Positions 26,752-37,454 of a DNA stretch of 64,000 nucleotides are shown one piece after another. A program made the position numbers and the translations under genes. Position 1 is the stretch's first letter, and each line of letters opens with the position of its first letter. The stretch covers positions 78,114 to 142,113 of the forward strand of contig JAHCBA010000002.1 in NCBI GenBank assembly GCA_019634625.1, read 5' to 3'. This DNA is from Verrucomicrobiia bacterium. Lineage in GTDB: Bacteria > Verrucomicrobiota > Verrucomicrobiia > Limisphaerales > CAIMTB01. The notes under the pieces are model-generated. The model saw only the letters and a list, made by a program, of their open reading frames with translations. It was not told the origin of the DNA and searched no databases.

Positions 26752-26833
26752 GGGGTCAGATCTCTGAATTTGACATTTGCGAGCCTTCAGATCTGCCAGG
26801 AAGGCAAAATGTCAAATTCAGAGATCTGACCCC
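26752..26833. repeat. Family-A palindromic element, copy A3 (near-perfect long hairpin)
   Basis: GGGGTCAGATCTCTGAATTTGACATTTGCGAGCCTTC-AGATCTGCCAG-GAAGGCAAAATGTCAAATTCAGAGATCTGACCCC. Starts 10 nt after the vapC stop. Confidence 0.9.
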
Positions 26834-26840
26834 GACGCCT

Positions 26841-27539
26841 TCACGGCCAGGACCAGACCCAATCCATGGAACGTAAGGGGACGTCGGGGGAGTGCTCCAT
26901 CGAACCGTTGTCGTCCCGGGCATCGATGGCGAGAGACCATAGCCGGAACCGATCATTGGACTCCCGGGCATACCGCAAGGGCCGGCCGTCGATGGGATCC
27001 AAGGGTACGGAAGCGAACCCGGTGGGGACGAGGGCTTCGAGGCGCTCCGGATAGGTCCCTTCGGCAAGGCGATGGCGTTCGAGGACACACGCGGTCATGG
27101 CGAGACGGGCCTGGGCCTGGGCGCGGAGGGCCTGGGCCGGCGCCCTGGCCAGACTGCTGATGTAGGGTTCCTTCCCCGGACTGAGGGCCGCCCGATACAG
27201 CCGGTAACGGGAAGAGGCGGAAGGCGCCGGGGGAGGCCAGGAAGCGATGAGGGAATGCTGTTGATCCGCGGGGGTCGTCTCCAGTTGACGCAATGCTCCC
27301 GAGAAAGCGGCGGCGCTGGCATACAACCAACCCCTTGGAGCCGAGGAGAGGTAGAGGTCACTCAGAGGGGCGTTGGCAGTCCCTTGACGGTCAGGACTGG
27401 GCTCGAACCGCCCGACCATCGTGCGTCGTCCCTCCGCAGAATCGAGAATGGTGCGAACGACTTCCAAGAAGCCACAGCGTTCGCCCGCGACAGCGCGTTG
27501 CAGGCCGGGATGCAGGTCCACATTTCTGAATCGAACCAA
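26841..27539 (-). CDS. Hypothetical protein, probably 5'-truncated
   Basis: 232-aa ORF with a TTG start and no signal peptide. The C-terminal LDPIDGRPLRYARESNDRFRLWSLAIDARDDNG resembles tails of secreted pseudopilin-like proteins from this phylum. Bracketed by A3 and half-copy A4. Confidence 0.45.
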   Translation of the reverse strand: MVRFRNVDLHPGLQRAVAGERCGFLEVVRTILDSAEGRRTMVGRFEPSPDRQGTANAPLSDLYLSSAPRGWLYASAAAFSGALRQLETTPADQQHSLIASWPPPAPSASSRYRLYRAALSPGKEPYISSLARAPAQALRAQAQARLAMTACVLERHRLAEGTYPERLEALVPTGFASVPLDPIDGRPLRYARESNDRFRLWSLAIDARDDNGSMEHSPDVPLRSMDWVWSWP

Positions 27540-27560
27540 TGGGAAGGGCTGGACCGTCGC

Positions 27561-27595
27561 GCGAAGGCAAATGTCAAATTCAGAGATCTGACCCC
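27561..27595. repeat. Family-A element, right-half copy A4
   Basis: GCGAAGGCAAATGTCAAATTCAGAGATCTGACCCC matches the right half of A3. No left arm is present. Confidence 0.75.
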
Positions 27596-27605
27596 GGTGA
27601 GTCGC

Positions 27606-28382
27606 CTACGCATCAATCCAGACCAGTTCCGGCGGGCAGAGGAACCGGACGTTGAGGTGGAAGGTCCCGATGCCGCTGCTGACATAGAGGGGCCCGGCCG
27701 GGGTGTCGTACCGGCCCCATTCGTAGCGACCGACCCCGGAAGGCTTGGCCAGCGCGCCGAAGAACGGGAGCCGAACCTGGCCACCATGGGAATGCCCGGC
27801 GAGGATGAGGTCGTACCCGACCGGCAGTCGCTCGACCCATTTCGGGTAATGGATGAGCGCGAAGTTCTTCTGGTTGGGTTCGGGCGGCAGCACGACATCG
27901 GTCTGGCAGGTGTGGCCGTTGACCCGGACGTGACCCCGCCCGGCCCCGACAGGGACCCTCGCACTGGCATCGAGCAGCCAGTCGCCGCCGGTTCGCCTCA
28001 GCGCCTCCCCGATGCGGTCGAAGTCGGAACCGCTCCAGTAGTCGTGGTTGCCGGGAACGCCGAAAATGGGGAGGCCCGCCCTGCCCAGGGCCTCCAGGGC
28101 GGCGTCGAGGTGGTCGGCCTTCTCGACAAGATCCCCACCGAACAAGGCGAACTCGGGGCGCATGGCGCGAAGCCGGCTGACCACCCGGTTGAGAAGTCGG
28201 GGATCTCCCTTGAAATGGAGATCGGTGAAGTAGGCGAAGCGTACGGTAGGCCGGTCGGAGAGCCGAAGCCGCCGTTCCCGCAATCGGCGCGGCTCGATGC
28301 CGAAGGCGTACCCGGCCACCAGCGGAGGCCCCCCGTAGAGCAGGGCCCGCAACCAGGCGCGACGAGTGCCGATCAGGGACAT
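27606..28382 (-). CDS. Metallophosphoesterase (YkuE-like)
   Basis: FGGDLV, VPGNHDYW and LILAGHSHGGQVRLP. I prefer the internal start at 28382 (MSLIGTRRAWLRALL); the ORF track extends to 28466. Confidence 0.85.
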   Translation of the reverse strand: MSLIGTRRAWLRALLYGGPPLVAGYAFGIEPRRLRERRLRLSDRPTVRFAYFTDLHFKGDPRLLNRVVSRLRAMRPEFALFGGDLVEKADHLDAALEALGRAGLPIFGVPGNHDYWSGSDFDRIGEALRRTGGDWLLDASARVPVGAGRGHVRVNGHTCQTDVVLPPEPNQKNFALIHYPKWVERLPVGYDLILAGHSHGGQVRLPFFGALAKPSGVGRYEWGRYDTPAGPLYVSSGIGTFHLNVRFLCPPELVWIDA

Positions 28383-28455
28383 GGCAGGAGGCAGGCTGCG
28401 TTCGTACCGGACGTCTGGAGATTGGGCATTCTGGGGTCGGATCTCTCCACGCGTT

Positions 28456-30177
28456 TTAGTGGGCAACCACGCGGGGTCCTGACCCCGCCACCAACTCCAC
28501 TTCGCGCAGGGGGCGCAGGGCGATCATGGCCCGGCGGAGGAGGCGGTATCCCGTTTCCCCCAGGCGCCAGCGGGCGGCCAGGTTGGCGGCCCGCCGGTCG
28601 TAGCCGTAACGCCGCACCGCGAGGTGTTCCATGCGCCAGCCAAGGGTGGTGACCAGGTTCCCCAACGACTGGGCCGTCCAGTGGAACAGATGCCGGTTGG
28701 GATCGTCGGGACGGTACCGGGCGTGGCGGCGTTCCACTTCCCAGGGGACATGGAGAATCAGGCGTCCGCCCGGCTTGAGGATGCGCCCGAGCTGTCTCAG
28801 CGCCCCGGCCGGATCGATCAGGTGTTCGAGGGTCTGATGGCAGATCGCCACGTCGGCGATGGCTTCGGGAACAATCTCTGGATCGTCGAGGAACTCGATG
28901 CCAAGGGCGGTCACCGTCCCGGCGAGGAAGGTCGAGACATCGGCACCCAGCCGACGCGCGCAGGGAAGACGCGCGAGGTTCCAACCCGCTCCCACGCCCA
29001 GTTCGAAGACCGTGTGGTGGGGCTCCACCCAGGGACGGAACTTCTCCGCACGAAGCCGGTACACCCACTCGGTGGCGGTCGGATCCAAGCCCCGCTTGCC
29101 TTTGTGGTAGGCGCGGCCGGGTTCACCCTGGTAGGCGTGCGATGCCGCATCGGGCGCGGCTTGATCGCCGGGCGAGGCGGGGGTGGGTGCTTCGGGGCTG
29201 GGTGGCGGTTCACTGGCCGGTGGGGCCGCCACCCCGGTACCGGGTTCACGGCGGGTGAGTTCTTCGAGCCAGGGCGGATCGCAACCGGCCCGGCTGCAGG
29301 TGACCGCGGCCGCCTCCGCCGCGAATCGCAGCATCGCCTCGAGGTCTGCCGGCACCAGGTCGCGCACGCCGTCCGGACGCCAGCGTTCCCGCGTTCCCAG
29401 CCAGGCGAGGAGTCCGGCCTGAAAGGTGTCGCCGGCGCCGACCGTATCGATCACCTGCACGTCGGGCGGCGGAACACTCACGCGGTGCTGTCGTGTCCAT
29501 GCCGTCGATCCCTCCCCGCCGCGGGTCAGCACGACGAGGCCGGCACCCCGGTCGAGGTATTGCCGGACCACGGGTTCCGGTTCGGTGCCGGGATGCAGCC
29601 ATTCGAGATCCTCGAGACTGAGCTTCACCATGTCCGCGCGTTCGAGGAGACGCCGGTAGCGCCCGAGGAACGCCTCGCGGTCAGGGATCAGGAAGGGCCG
29701 GATGTTGGGATCGAGGGAGACGAGGCGCCCGGCGGCCTGTTGGACCAGGGTTTCGAGGGCGGTACCGAACGATTCGAGGGCGAGCGAGAACGAGCCGACG
29801 TGCACCGCGCGGATGGCTTCGGGGAAAGGTTCGGGCAGGTCGGTCGCCTCGAGCGCGCAACCCGCCGTGCCCTCGGTGTAGAAGGCGTACCGGGCGCTCT
29901 GAAGGGCGTCGTCCCACGTCACCCAGCCCAGCGTGGACAACGCTTCCGTGCTCGGACAGCCGTCCAGATCGACATGGCTGGCTTCGAGCAGGCGCCGTTG
30001 CCGCTGGCCGCAGGCGTCGGTCGAGAACCGGCAGAGGAACCGGACCGGTTGTCGAAGGCGTCCGAGGGCCAGCGCGACATTGAACGGCGATCCGCCCGGG
30101 ACCGGATGGAGCCTAGGCGTCCGGTCGTCGCCGACGGGGAGGAGATCGATGAGCGCTTCGCCGGCAACGAGGATCAT
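28456..30177 (-). CDS. Fusion protein: PfkB-family carbohydrate kinase + class I SAM-dependent methyltransferase
   Basis: The N-terminal half has MILVAGEALIDLLP and DTVGAGDTFQAGLLAWL (PfkB signatures). A Pro-rich linker follows. The C-terminal half has VFELGVGAGWN and LKPGGRLILHVP (methyltransferase motifs I and post-I). Confidence 0.8.
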   Translation of the reverse strand: MILVAGEALIDLLPVGDDRTPRLHPVPGGSPFNVALALGRLRQPVRFLCRFSTDACGQRQRRLLEASHVDLDGCPSTEALSTLGWVTWDDALQSARYAFYTEGTAGCALEATDLPEPFPEAIRAVHVGSFSLALESFGTALETLVQQAAGRLVSLDPNIRPFLIPDREAFLGRYRRLLERADMVKLSLEDLEWLHPGTEPEPVVRQYLDRGAGLVVLTRGGEGSTAWTRQHRVSVPPPDVQVIDTVGAGDTFQAGLLAWLGTRERWRPDGVRDLVPADLEAMLRFAAEAAAVTCSRAGCDPPWLEELTRREPGTGVAAPPASEPPPSPEAPTPASPGDQAAPDAASHAYQGEPGRAYHKGKRGLDPTATEWVYRLRAEKFRPWVEPHHTVFELGVGAGWNLARLPCARRLGADVSTFLAGTVTALGIEFLDDPEIVPEAIADVAICHQTLEHLIDPAGALRQLGRILKPGGRLILHVPWEVERRHARYRPDDPNRHLFHWTAQSLGNLVTTLGWRMEHLAVRRYGYDRRAANLAARWRLGETGYRLLRRAMIALRPLREVELVAGSGPRVVAH

Positions 30178-30199
30178 GGCCGGAAAGGGGTGGGGGGGA

Positions 30200-31288
30200 T
30201 TACAGGACCCCGCAGGCGCGCAGCAGGGTCTCCTGAACGTCCCGTTCACGATCGAGCGAGACCTCCAGGGGTTCGCCGCTTCGGATGGCCCGGGCCAGGG
30301 CCGGAAACTCGTCCACGTAACGCCGGTAGGCGGGCAGCGGCACCGCCTGGGGTCCGGCGTGGTAAGGCCCGACGGCCCGGGCCAGGTCCAGATGCAGCGT
30401 GGGCGGTTCGAGGGGTCGGATCACCGCTGTGCCGCGCGTCCCCAGGATCTCGAAAGCCCGATGCGCCCCTGCGTTGGGTTGCAGGGCCGCGCTGGTGAGG
30501 ATGGCCGTTGCCTTCGGGTACGTGAAGATCGCGACGTTGTTGTCGGCCAGGGTGTCGCCGTCGCCGCCATGCGTGTTGAGAAACGAGGCCACCCGATCCG
30601 GCCGCCCGAGCAGTCGCACGATGGCATCCACGAGATGGCTGCCGAGTTCGAACAGGACCCCGCCCCGGAAGGCGGCCCACTCGACGCGGCGGCGCGCATC
30701 GAGACTGTTGTTGAGCGCGGCCCGGACGAGGAAGACATCGCCCAGCCAGCCTTCGCGGGCCGCCTCGAACGCGGTGCGCAAGGCCGGATTGTAGCGCCAC
30801 ATGTATCCGACCTGGAGCAGCCGGTCCTTCTCCCGGGCCAATCGGACCAGGGCATCGAAATCCTCCATCGTCTCGGCGGGCGGCTTCTCGAGATGGACAT
30901 GACAGCCCGCTTCGAGAGCCAGGCGGGCGTGTTCGGCATGGGCCTGCACTTCGGACTCGACGGCGATGACCTCGCAGCGGCGCAGCAGTTCGTCGCGCTC
31001 CAGCACGGGAACATCCTGCTCGCTGTAGGTGCGGGCCAGGGCCTCCGTTTCGGCCCAGACGCCGACCAGCTCGAAGTCCGGGGAAGTCCGCATCAGCCGG
31101 ATCTTCTCGGCGGCGTGGGAGTAGGCCACACCCAGGAACCCGATCCGCAGACGCGCCGCATCCGGTGTCTCGGCCCGGCCGGCTGCGGAGGTGCCCCACA
31201 GCGCGGTGCCCGCGGTGGCGGCGACCGTGGCACCCAGGAAAGCCCGGCGATCCAGGGAACTGCGATGGGAAGGCGTCGCCGGATTCAT
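30200..31288 (-). CDS. Gfo/Idh/MocA-family oxidoreductase with TAT signal
   Basis: [27 protein letters not shown] and HVHLEKPPA. Confidence 0.85.
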   Translation of the reverse strand: MNPATPSHRSSLDRRAFLGATVAATAGTALWGTSAAGRAETPDAARLRIGFLGVAYSHAAEKIRLMRTSPDFELVGVWAETEALARTYSEQDVPVLERDELLRRCEVIAVESEVQAHAEHARLALEAGCHVHLEKPPAETMEDFDALVRLAREKDRLLQVGYMWRYNPALRTAFEAAREGWLGDVFLVRAALNNSLDARRRVEWAAFRGGVLFELGSHLVDAIVRLLGRPDRVASFLNTHGGDGDTLADNNVAIFTYPKATAILTSAALQPNAGAHRAFEILGTRGTAVIRPLEPPTLHLDLARAVGPYHAGPQAVPLPAYRRYVDEFPALARAIRSGEPLEVSLDRERDVQETLLRACGVL

Positions 31289-31298
31289 CGGGCAGACC

Positions 31299-32411
<1,113 letters not shown>

Positions 32412-32442
32412 GGCGGGGTCGTTGGGCTTGGAGGGCGGCGTG

Positions 32443-33939
32443 TCAGGCGATCTCCCAGCCGGAACGGCAGGGTTCGCGCAGGAAGGCGTCGGCTTCGGGG
32501 ACATTGCGGACCTTCATGTTCGCGGCATCCCAGTCGAGGCGCTTGCCGGTCCGCAGCGAGACGATGCCGAGCAACAGCAGCTCGGTCAGACGCGCTCCGT
32601 ATTCGAAGTGGCTGCTGGCCGCCGGGCCGCCCTTGCAGGCGTCGATCCAGTCGCGGTGATGGCCCTTCGAACGGGGAATGGTCTTCGGCGGCGGCTGGTA
32701 GCTGTCGTCGAGCGATTCGGGCAGCAACCTGGGTCTCCCGCCCAGTCCCGGGCACAGCATCGTCCCGCGTTCCCCGACGAACAGGCTGCCCCGGCTCGGC
32801 AGATCCTCGTCCGGCAGCAGGCCATCCGGGTTCCGCGGGCGCAATCCGCCATCGTACCAGGTCACCTCCACGGGTGGCCGGTCGCCCCGCGCCCCGAACC
32901 GCCAGTAGCAGATCTCCCCGTGCGGAGAGATGTCGTGGTCCATCTGGCTGGCCGGCCGGGCATGGATCGACAGGGGATCCGCGAGGTCGAGGGCCCAGCA
33001 GGCGGCATCGAGGTCGTGACAGACGAAGTCGCCGATGGCGCCGCCACCGAAGTCCCAGAAATCGCGCCATTGAACAGGGAAATACGCGGGGTGGTAGGGC
33101 CTTGGCTGGCGCGGGCCGAGCCAGAGGTCCCAGTTGAGTCCGGCGGGGACCGGCGGGGTTCCGGGGGGACGGCCGGTGAGGGATTTGTTCCAGCGCGTCG
33201 CACCGACCCAGGCATGGACTTCGCGGACCTTCCCGATGGCGCCGGCCGCGAGCCATTCGCAGGTCAGGCGCATGCCTTCGAGGGAATGCCCGATGTTCCC
33301 CATCTGGGTGGCCACGCCGGTTTCGCGTGCCACCCGGGCCACGGTGCGGGCCTCCCACACGTTGTGGGTCAGCGGCTTCTCGCAGTACACATGCTTGCCG
33401 GCGCGCATCGACATCACGGAGATGAGGGCGTGCAGGTGGTCGGGGGTGGCGCACAGGACCGTGTCGATCGACTTCTCCCGTTCGAGCATCACCCGGAAAT
33501 CCTCGTAGGTCGCGCAGCGGAAGTTCGGGGTCCGCGCCGAGTAATGCTTCTCGACCAGCGCCCGGGTAGGGCCGCGCCCGCCCTGTCCCCGGTAATAGAA
33601 CTCCTCGAGGCTGAAGGATTCCGCGGGGTCGGCCACGGCGATCACCTGCACGTCCGCCATGGGGAAGAGGGATTGCAGGTTGATCCGGCCCTGACCGCCC
33701 GCCCCGACCAGGGCGACGTTCACCTTTTCGCTCGGCGGTACGAACCGCGCCCCGCCCAGGACGTGGCGCGGTACAATGGTGAATCCCGCCAGTGCGGACG
33801 CCGACCGGGTCAGGAACGTCCGGCGGTTGGAAGACAGCCCGGAGCCGGGTGTCGTCCCGGCGGACGGAGCGGACCCGACGGTCTCGGACGGGGCGTCGGG
33901 GGACGCGGCATCGCGGTTCGGAGGAGGGTGCATGGTCAC
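32443..33939 (-). CDS. Gfo/Idh/MocA-family oxidoreductase (large, TAT signal)
   Basis: NRRTFLTRSASALAG, VALVGAGGQGR, HVYCEKPLTHN and GAIGDFVCHDLD. Confidence 0.85.
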   Translation of the reverse strand: MTMHPPPNRDAASPDAPSETVGSAPSAGTTPGSGLSSNRRTFLTRSASALAGFTIVPRHVLGGARFVPPSEKVNVALVGAGGQGRINLQSLFPMADVQVIAVADPAESFSLEEFYYRGQGGRGPTRALVEKHYSARTPNFRCATYEDFRVMLEREKSIDTVLCATPDHLHALISVMSMRAGKHVYCEKPLTHNVWEARTVARVARETGVATQMGNIGHSLEGMRLTCEWLAAGAIGKVREVHAWVGATRWNKSLTGRPPGTPPVPAGLNWDLWLGPRQPRPYHPAYFPVQWRDFWDFGGGAIGDFVCHDLDAACWALDLADPLSIHARPASQMDHDISPHGEICYWRFGARGDRPPVEVTWYDGGLRPRNPDGLLPDEDLPSRGSLFVGERGTMLCPGLGGRPRLLPESLDDSYQPPPKTIPRSKGHHRDWIDACKGGPAASSHFEYGARLTELLLLGIVSLRTGKRLDWDAANMKVRNVPEADAFLREPCRSGWEIA

Positions 33940-33957
33940 GCGTTGCAGGGTGGGCGT

Positions 33958-35376
33958 TCAGGAGATTTCCCAGCCGCGCCGGTATTCGCCCTTGATGTGG
34001 CGATCGGCCTCGGAGGTGTTGGTGGCGCGCATCGCCTCGGCGTCCCACCACAGCTTGCGGCCGGTCCGCAGCGCCACGTTCCCCAGGAAGATCAGTTCCG
34101 TGAGGCGCGCCCCGTACTCGAAATTCGCGCTGGCCGCCGGACCGCCCTTGCAGGCGTTGATCCAGTCGCGGTGATGCCCCTTCGAACGCGGGATCGTGGC
34201 CGCCGGGCGCTGATACTCCTCGTGCAACGTCATCGGGAACAGCCGTGGTGCCCCGCCCCACCCGGCGCAGGACATCACACCCTTGTCACCGATGAACAGC
34301 GTCCCGTTACCCCCGCCCTCGAGGATCTCGTCCGGGCTCAACGCCTCCGGCACCGGCGGTCGCAATCCGCCGTCGTACCAGGTCATCCGCAACGGCACGC
34401 GCGAGCCTTTCGCGGGGAAATGGTAGTGATAGATCGCGCAGAACGGCACGCGCTCGGCATCGACGCGTTCCGGGGCGTAGGCCTCGACGCTGGTGGGCGC
34501 ATCCAAATCGAAGGCCCACACCGCGTTGTCGATGTTGTGGCAGCCCATATCCCCAAACGCGCCGCCCCCGAAAGCCCACCAGCCGCGCCAGTTGTACGGG
34601 GCGTAATCCGGATGATACGGGCGTTCCGGACGCGGCCCGAGCCACAGGTCCCAGTTGAACCCCGCCGGCACGTCCGGCCGGTCGCTCGGGCGTCCGCGCC
34701 CGGTGACCCAGCGCCCGGCATCGGACCAGGCATGCACCTCGCGCACGGTCCCGATGGCGCCGGCCCGCAGCCACTCGACCGTCTGCCGGATGCCGTCGCT
34801 CGAATGTCCCTGGTTGCCCATCTGCGTGGCCACCCCGGTCTCCCGCGCCACCGCGGCCATCCGCCGGCATTCCCAGATGTTATGGGCGAGCGGCTTCTCA
34901 CAATAGACATGCTTGCCCAGCCGCATTGCATCGATGGCTGCCACGGCATGGGCATGGTCCGGCGTCGCCACCACCACCGCGTCAATCGCCTTCTCCTTTT
35001 CCAGCATCACCCGGTAATCCTCGTACTCCGCGCAACGGAACGCGGGCCGGTCCGGCTGATACCGTTTCTCGACCTCGGCCTTCACGGGACGCCGCCCTGC
35101 CATGCCACGGTAATAGAAGCGGTCGTAGTCCGCGGATTCCATCGGGTCGGCCACGGCGATCACCCGCACGTCGTCCGACCGCATCAGCTCCCGCAGGTTC
35201 GTTCGGCCCTGTCCTCCGCAGCCGATGATGGCCACGTTCAAGGTCTCGCTGGGGGCGGCGACATTGGCCCCGCCCAGGACGTGGCGGGGAACGATGGAGG
35301 CGGCGGTGACCGCCACACCGGCCCGGGTCAGGAACTGGCGGCGGGTTGAACCCGAAGGAGGAATGCGCTTGTTCAT
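33958..35376 (-). CDS. Gfo/Idh/MocA-family oxidoreductase (paralogue of 32443..33939)
   Basis: TRRQFLTRAGVAVTAASIV, VAIIGCGGQGR, HVYCEKPLAHN and GAFGDMGCHNID. Confidence 0.85.
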   Translation of the reverse strand: MNKRIPPSGSTRRQFLTRAGVAVTAASIVPRHVLGGANVAAPSETLNVAIIGCGGQGRTNLRELMRSDDVRVIAVADPMESADYDRFYYRGMAGRRPVKAEVEKRYQPDRPAFRCAEYEDYRVMLEKEKAIDAVVVATPDHAHAVAAIDAMRLGKHVYCEKPLAHNIWECRRMAAVARETGVATQMGNQGHSSDGIRQTVEWLRAGAIGTVREVHAWSDAGRWVTGRGRPSDRPDVPAGFNWDLWLGPRPERPYHPDYAPYNWRGWWAFGGGAFGDMGCHNIDNAVWAFDLDAPTSVEAYAPERVDAERVPFCAIYHYHFPAKGSRVPLRMTWYDGGLRPPVPEALSPDEILEGGGNGTLFIGDKGVMSCAGWGGAPRLFPMTLHEEYQRPAATIPRSKGHHRDWINACKGGPAASANFEYGARLTELIFLGNVALRTGRKLWWDAEAMRATNTSEADRHIKGEYRRGWEIS

Positions 35377-35472
35377 GGGAACGCGTGTTGGATTGGGAAT
35401 TCGGGGTTGAGCGTGGGAGCGTGAGCCAGTCCTTCCTCCGGCTCAAGGGTCAAGGCGGGGGCGCCGTGGGTC

Positions 35473-36999
35473 TCAGCCTTCAGCCCTGGCAAACGCTTCG
35501 GCCAAGGCCAGGGCCTGGCGCATGGCCTTCGACTTGTTCACCGTCTCCGCGAACTCCCCTTCCGGAGTGGAATCGTGCACCCAGCCCCCACCCGCCTGGA
35601 CGTAGGCCGTGCCATCTTTCAACAGCGCCGTCCGGATCGTGATGCACGAATCGAGGTTCCCGTTGAAGCCGAAGTACCCCACGCACCCCCCGTAGGGTCC
35701 GCGCGTGCTCTGTTCCAGCTCCGAAATGATCTGCATGGCCCGGATCTTCGGGGCGCCACTCAAGGTTCCCGCCGGGAACGTGGCCCGCATCAGATCGTAC
35801 GGAGACCGGCCTGCGCTCAGTCGCCCCACCACCTCGGAGACGATGTGCATCACGTGGCTGTACCGCTCGATCACCATGAGGTCCCGGACCTCCACTGTCC
35901 CGAAATCGCAGACCCGTCCGACGTCGTTCCGGGCCAGATCGATGAGCATCACGTGCTCGGCCCGTTCCTTGGGGTCCGCGAGCAGTTCCGCTTCGAGCGC
36001 CCGATCCTCTTCGGGTGTCCGGCCGCGCCGCCGGGTGCCGGCAATCGGGCGGATCTCAACCTGGCCGTGCTCGCACCGCACATGAATTTCCGGAGAAGCG
36101 CCCACCAGTGCGAACCCCTCCAGTTCGAGAAGGAACAGGTACGGCGACGGATTGATCGAGCGCACCGCCCGGTACACATCCAGCGGCGTGGCCGTCACCG
36201 GCCCGCTGAACCGCTGCGAACCCACCACCTGGAAGATGTCCCCGGTCCGGATGTACTCCTTGGCCCGAACGACGTTGGCATGGAACCGCTCCGGGTCCTG
36301 GTTCGAGACGAAGGGCATCTCCGGGGCGTCTTCCTCGAAGGAAACCGGCCTGCCCTGGATCGGCTGCTCGAGCAGGGACACCAGTCGCTCGATTTCGGCC
36401 ACCGCATCGTCGTACGCCTCCTCCACCCCGGCCCCGTCGAGACTTGCATTCACAATCACCGTCAACGTCTGGGCCACGCGGTCGAACACCAGCACCTCAT
36501 CGGCGATCAGGAAATAGAGGGTTGGCGTCCCCAGTTCGTCCCGTTCCGGCCGCGGCACCACCGGCTCGATATCGTGAACGAACTCGTACCCCAGGAACCC
36601 GATCGCCCCGCCCGTGAACCGTGGCAGATCCGGCACTTCCACCGCCCGGTACCGCCCCATCACCCGCTCCACCACCGCCAGTCCATCCGGGACCGTTTCC
36701 CCCTCCGCCGGAGCCCCGGGGACCACCTTGAACGTCTCCCGCGGACGGCCCTGCTCGAGGACGTCCACCCGGTCGCCCCGCTGCCGGACCACCGCCTTCG
36801 GACTGCACCCGACGAAGGAATAGCGGCCGAGGTGTTCGCCTCCCTCCACCGACTCGAACAGGAAGGACTCGCCCTGCCCCCGGATCTTTGCGTAGGCGGA
36901 CAGCGGGGTCTCGAAATCGGCCAGGAGACGCCTCCGGACAGGGATCAGGTTCCCTTGGGAGGCCAGGGCACGAAACGCCTCACGCGACGGTTGATACAT
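35473..36999 (-). CDS. trpE: Anthranilate synthase component I
   Basis: GNLIPVRRRLLADFETPLSAY, FLFESVEGGE, IAGTRRRG, LMVIERYSHVMHIVS and GTLSGAPKIRAMQII. Start is at 36999 (MYQPS); ATG 37059 is the alternative. Confidence 0.9.
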   Translation of the reverse strand: MYQPSREAFRALASQGNLIPVRRRLLADFETPLSAYAKIRGQGESFLFESVEGGEHLGRYSFVGCSPKAVVRQRGDRVDVLEQGRPRETFKVVPGAPAEGETVPDGLAVVERVMGRYRAVEVPDLPRFTGGAIGFLGYEFVHDIEPVVPRPERDELGTPTLYFLIADEVLVFDRVAQTLTVIVNASLDGAGVEEAYDDAVAEIERLVSLLEQPIQGRPVSFEEDAPEMPFVSNQDPERFHANVVRAKEYIRTGDIFQVVGSQRFSGPVTATPLDVYRAVRSINPSPYLFLLELEGFALVGASPEIHVRCEHGQVEIRPIAGTRRRGRTPEEDRALEAELLADPKERAEHVMLIDLARNDVGRVCDFGTVEVRDLMVIERYSHVMHIVSEVVGRLSAGRSPYDLMRATFPAGTLSGAPKIRAMQIISELEQSTRGPYGGCVGYFGFNGNLDSCITIRTALLKDGTAYVQAGGGWVHDSTPEGEFAETVNKSKAMRQALALAEAFARAEG

Positions 37000-37070
37000 G
37001 GCGCGCGGACTGTATGGGCAAGGCCCCTCCGCGGGAAATCGCGAAACCGCGATCCCCATGTGGGTCGGCT

Positions 37071-37454
37071 CAAATAGTCAGGCATTTCAAATAGTCAGGC
37101 ATTTAATTTGTTGTCGTTGTCAATTAGTCAGGCGCTTTATTTGTTGACGTTGTTGATCAATTCGTCAGGCACATAGTTTGTTGTCCTAGTTCATACGAGC
37201 CCATTTCTCCCCAATTCCCATTCCCTCGGGCCGCCGTGGACGATCCCTCCGCTCCGCCTTTGCCTTCGTTGTATTGGCATCCGTCAATTAGTCAGGCGCT
37301 TTATTTGTTGACGTTGTTGATCAATTCGTCAGGCACATAGTTTGTTGTCCTAGTTCATACGAGCCCATTTCTCCCCAATTCCCATTCCCATTCCCTCGGG
37401 CCGCCGTGGACGATCCCTCCGCTCCGCCTTTGCCTTCGTTGTATTGGCATCCGT
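37071..37454. repeat. AT-rich iteron-like array (GTCAGGC x6) including a 164/170-bp tandem duplication
   Basis: GTCAGGC occurs at 37077, 37094, 37127, 37164, 37291 and 37328, each in the context CAAWTMGTCAGGC....TTTGTTG. Units 37121-37284 and 37285-37454 are near-identical and differ by one extra CCCATT. Confidence 0.9.

Noticed and set aside
37121-37454. Tandem 164/170-bp units and regularly spaced short motifs as a possible CRISPR array.
   Set aside because: There are only two contiguous units with no unique spacers between them. The short GTCAGGC motifs are 7 nt and irregularly spaced, and no cas genes are present.
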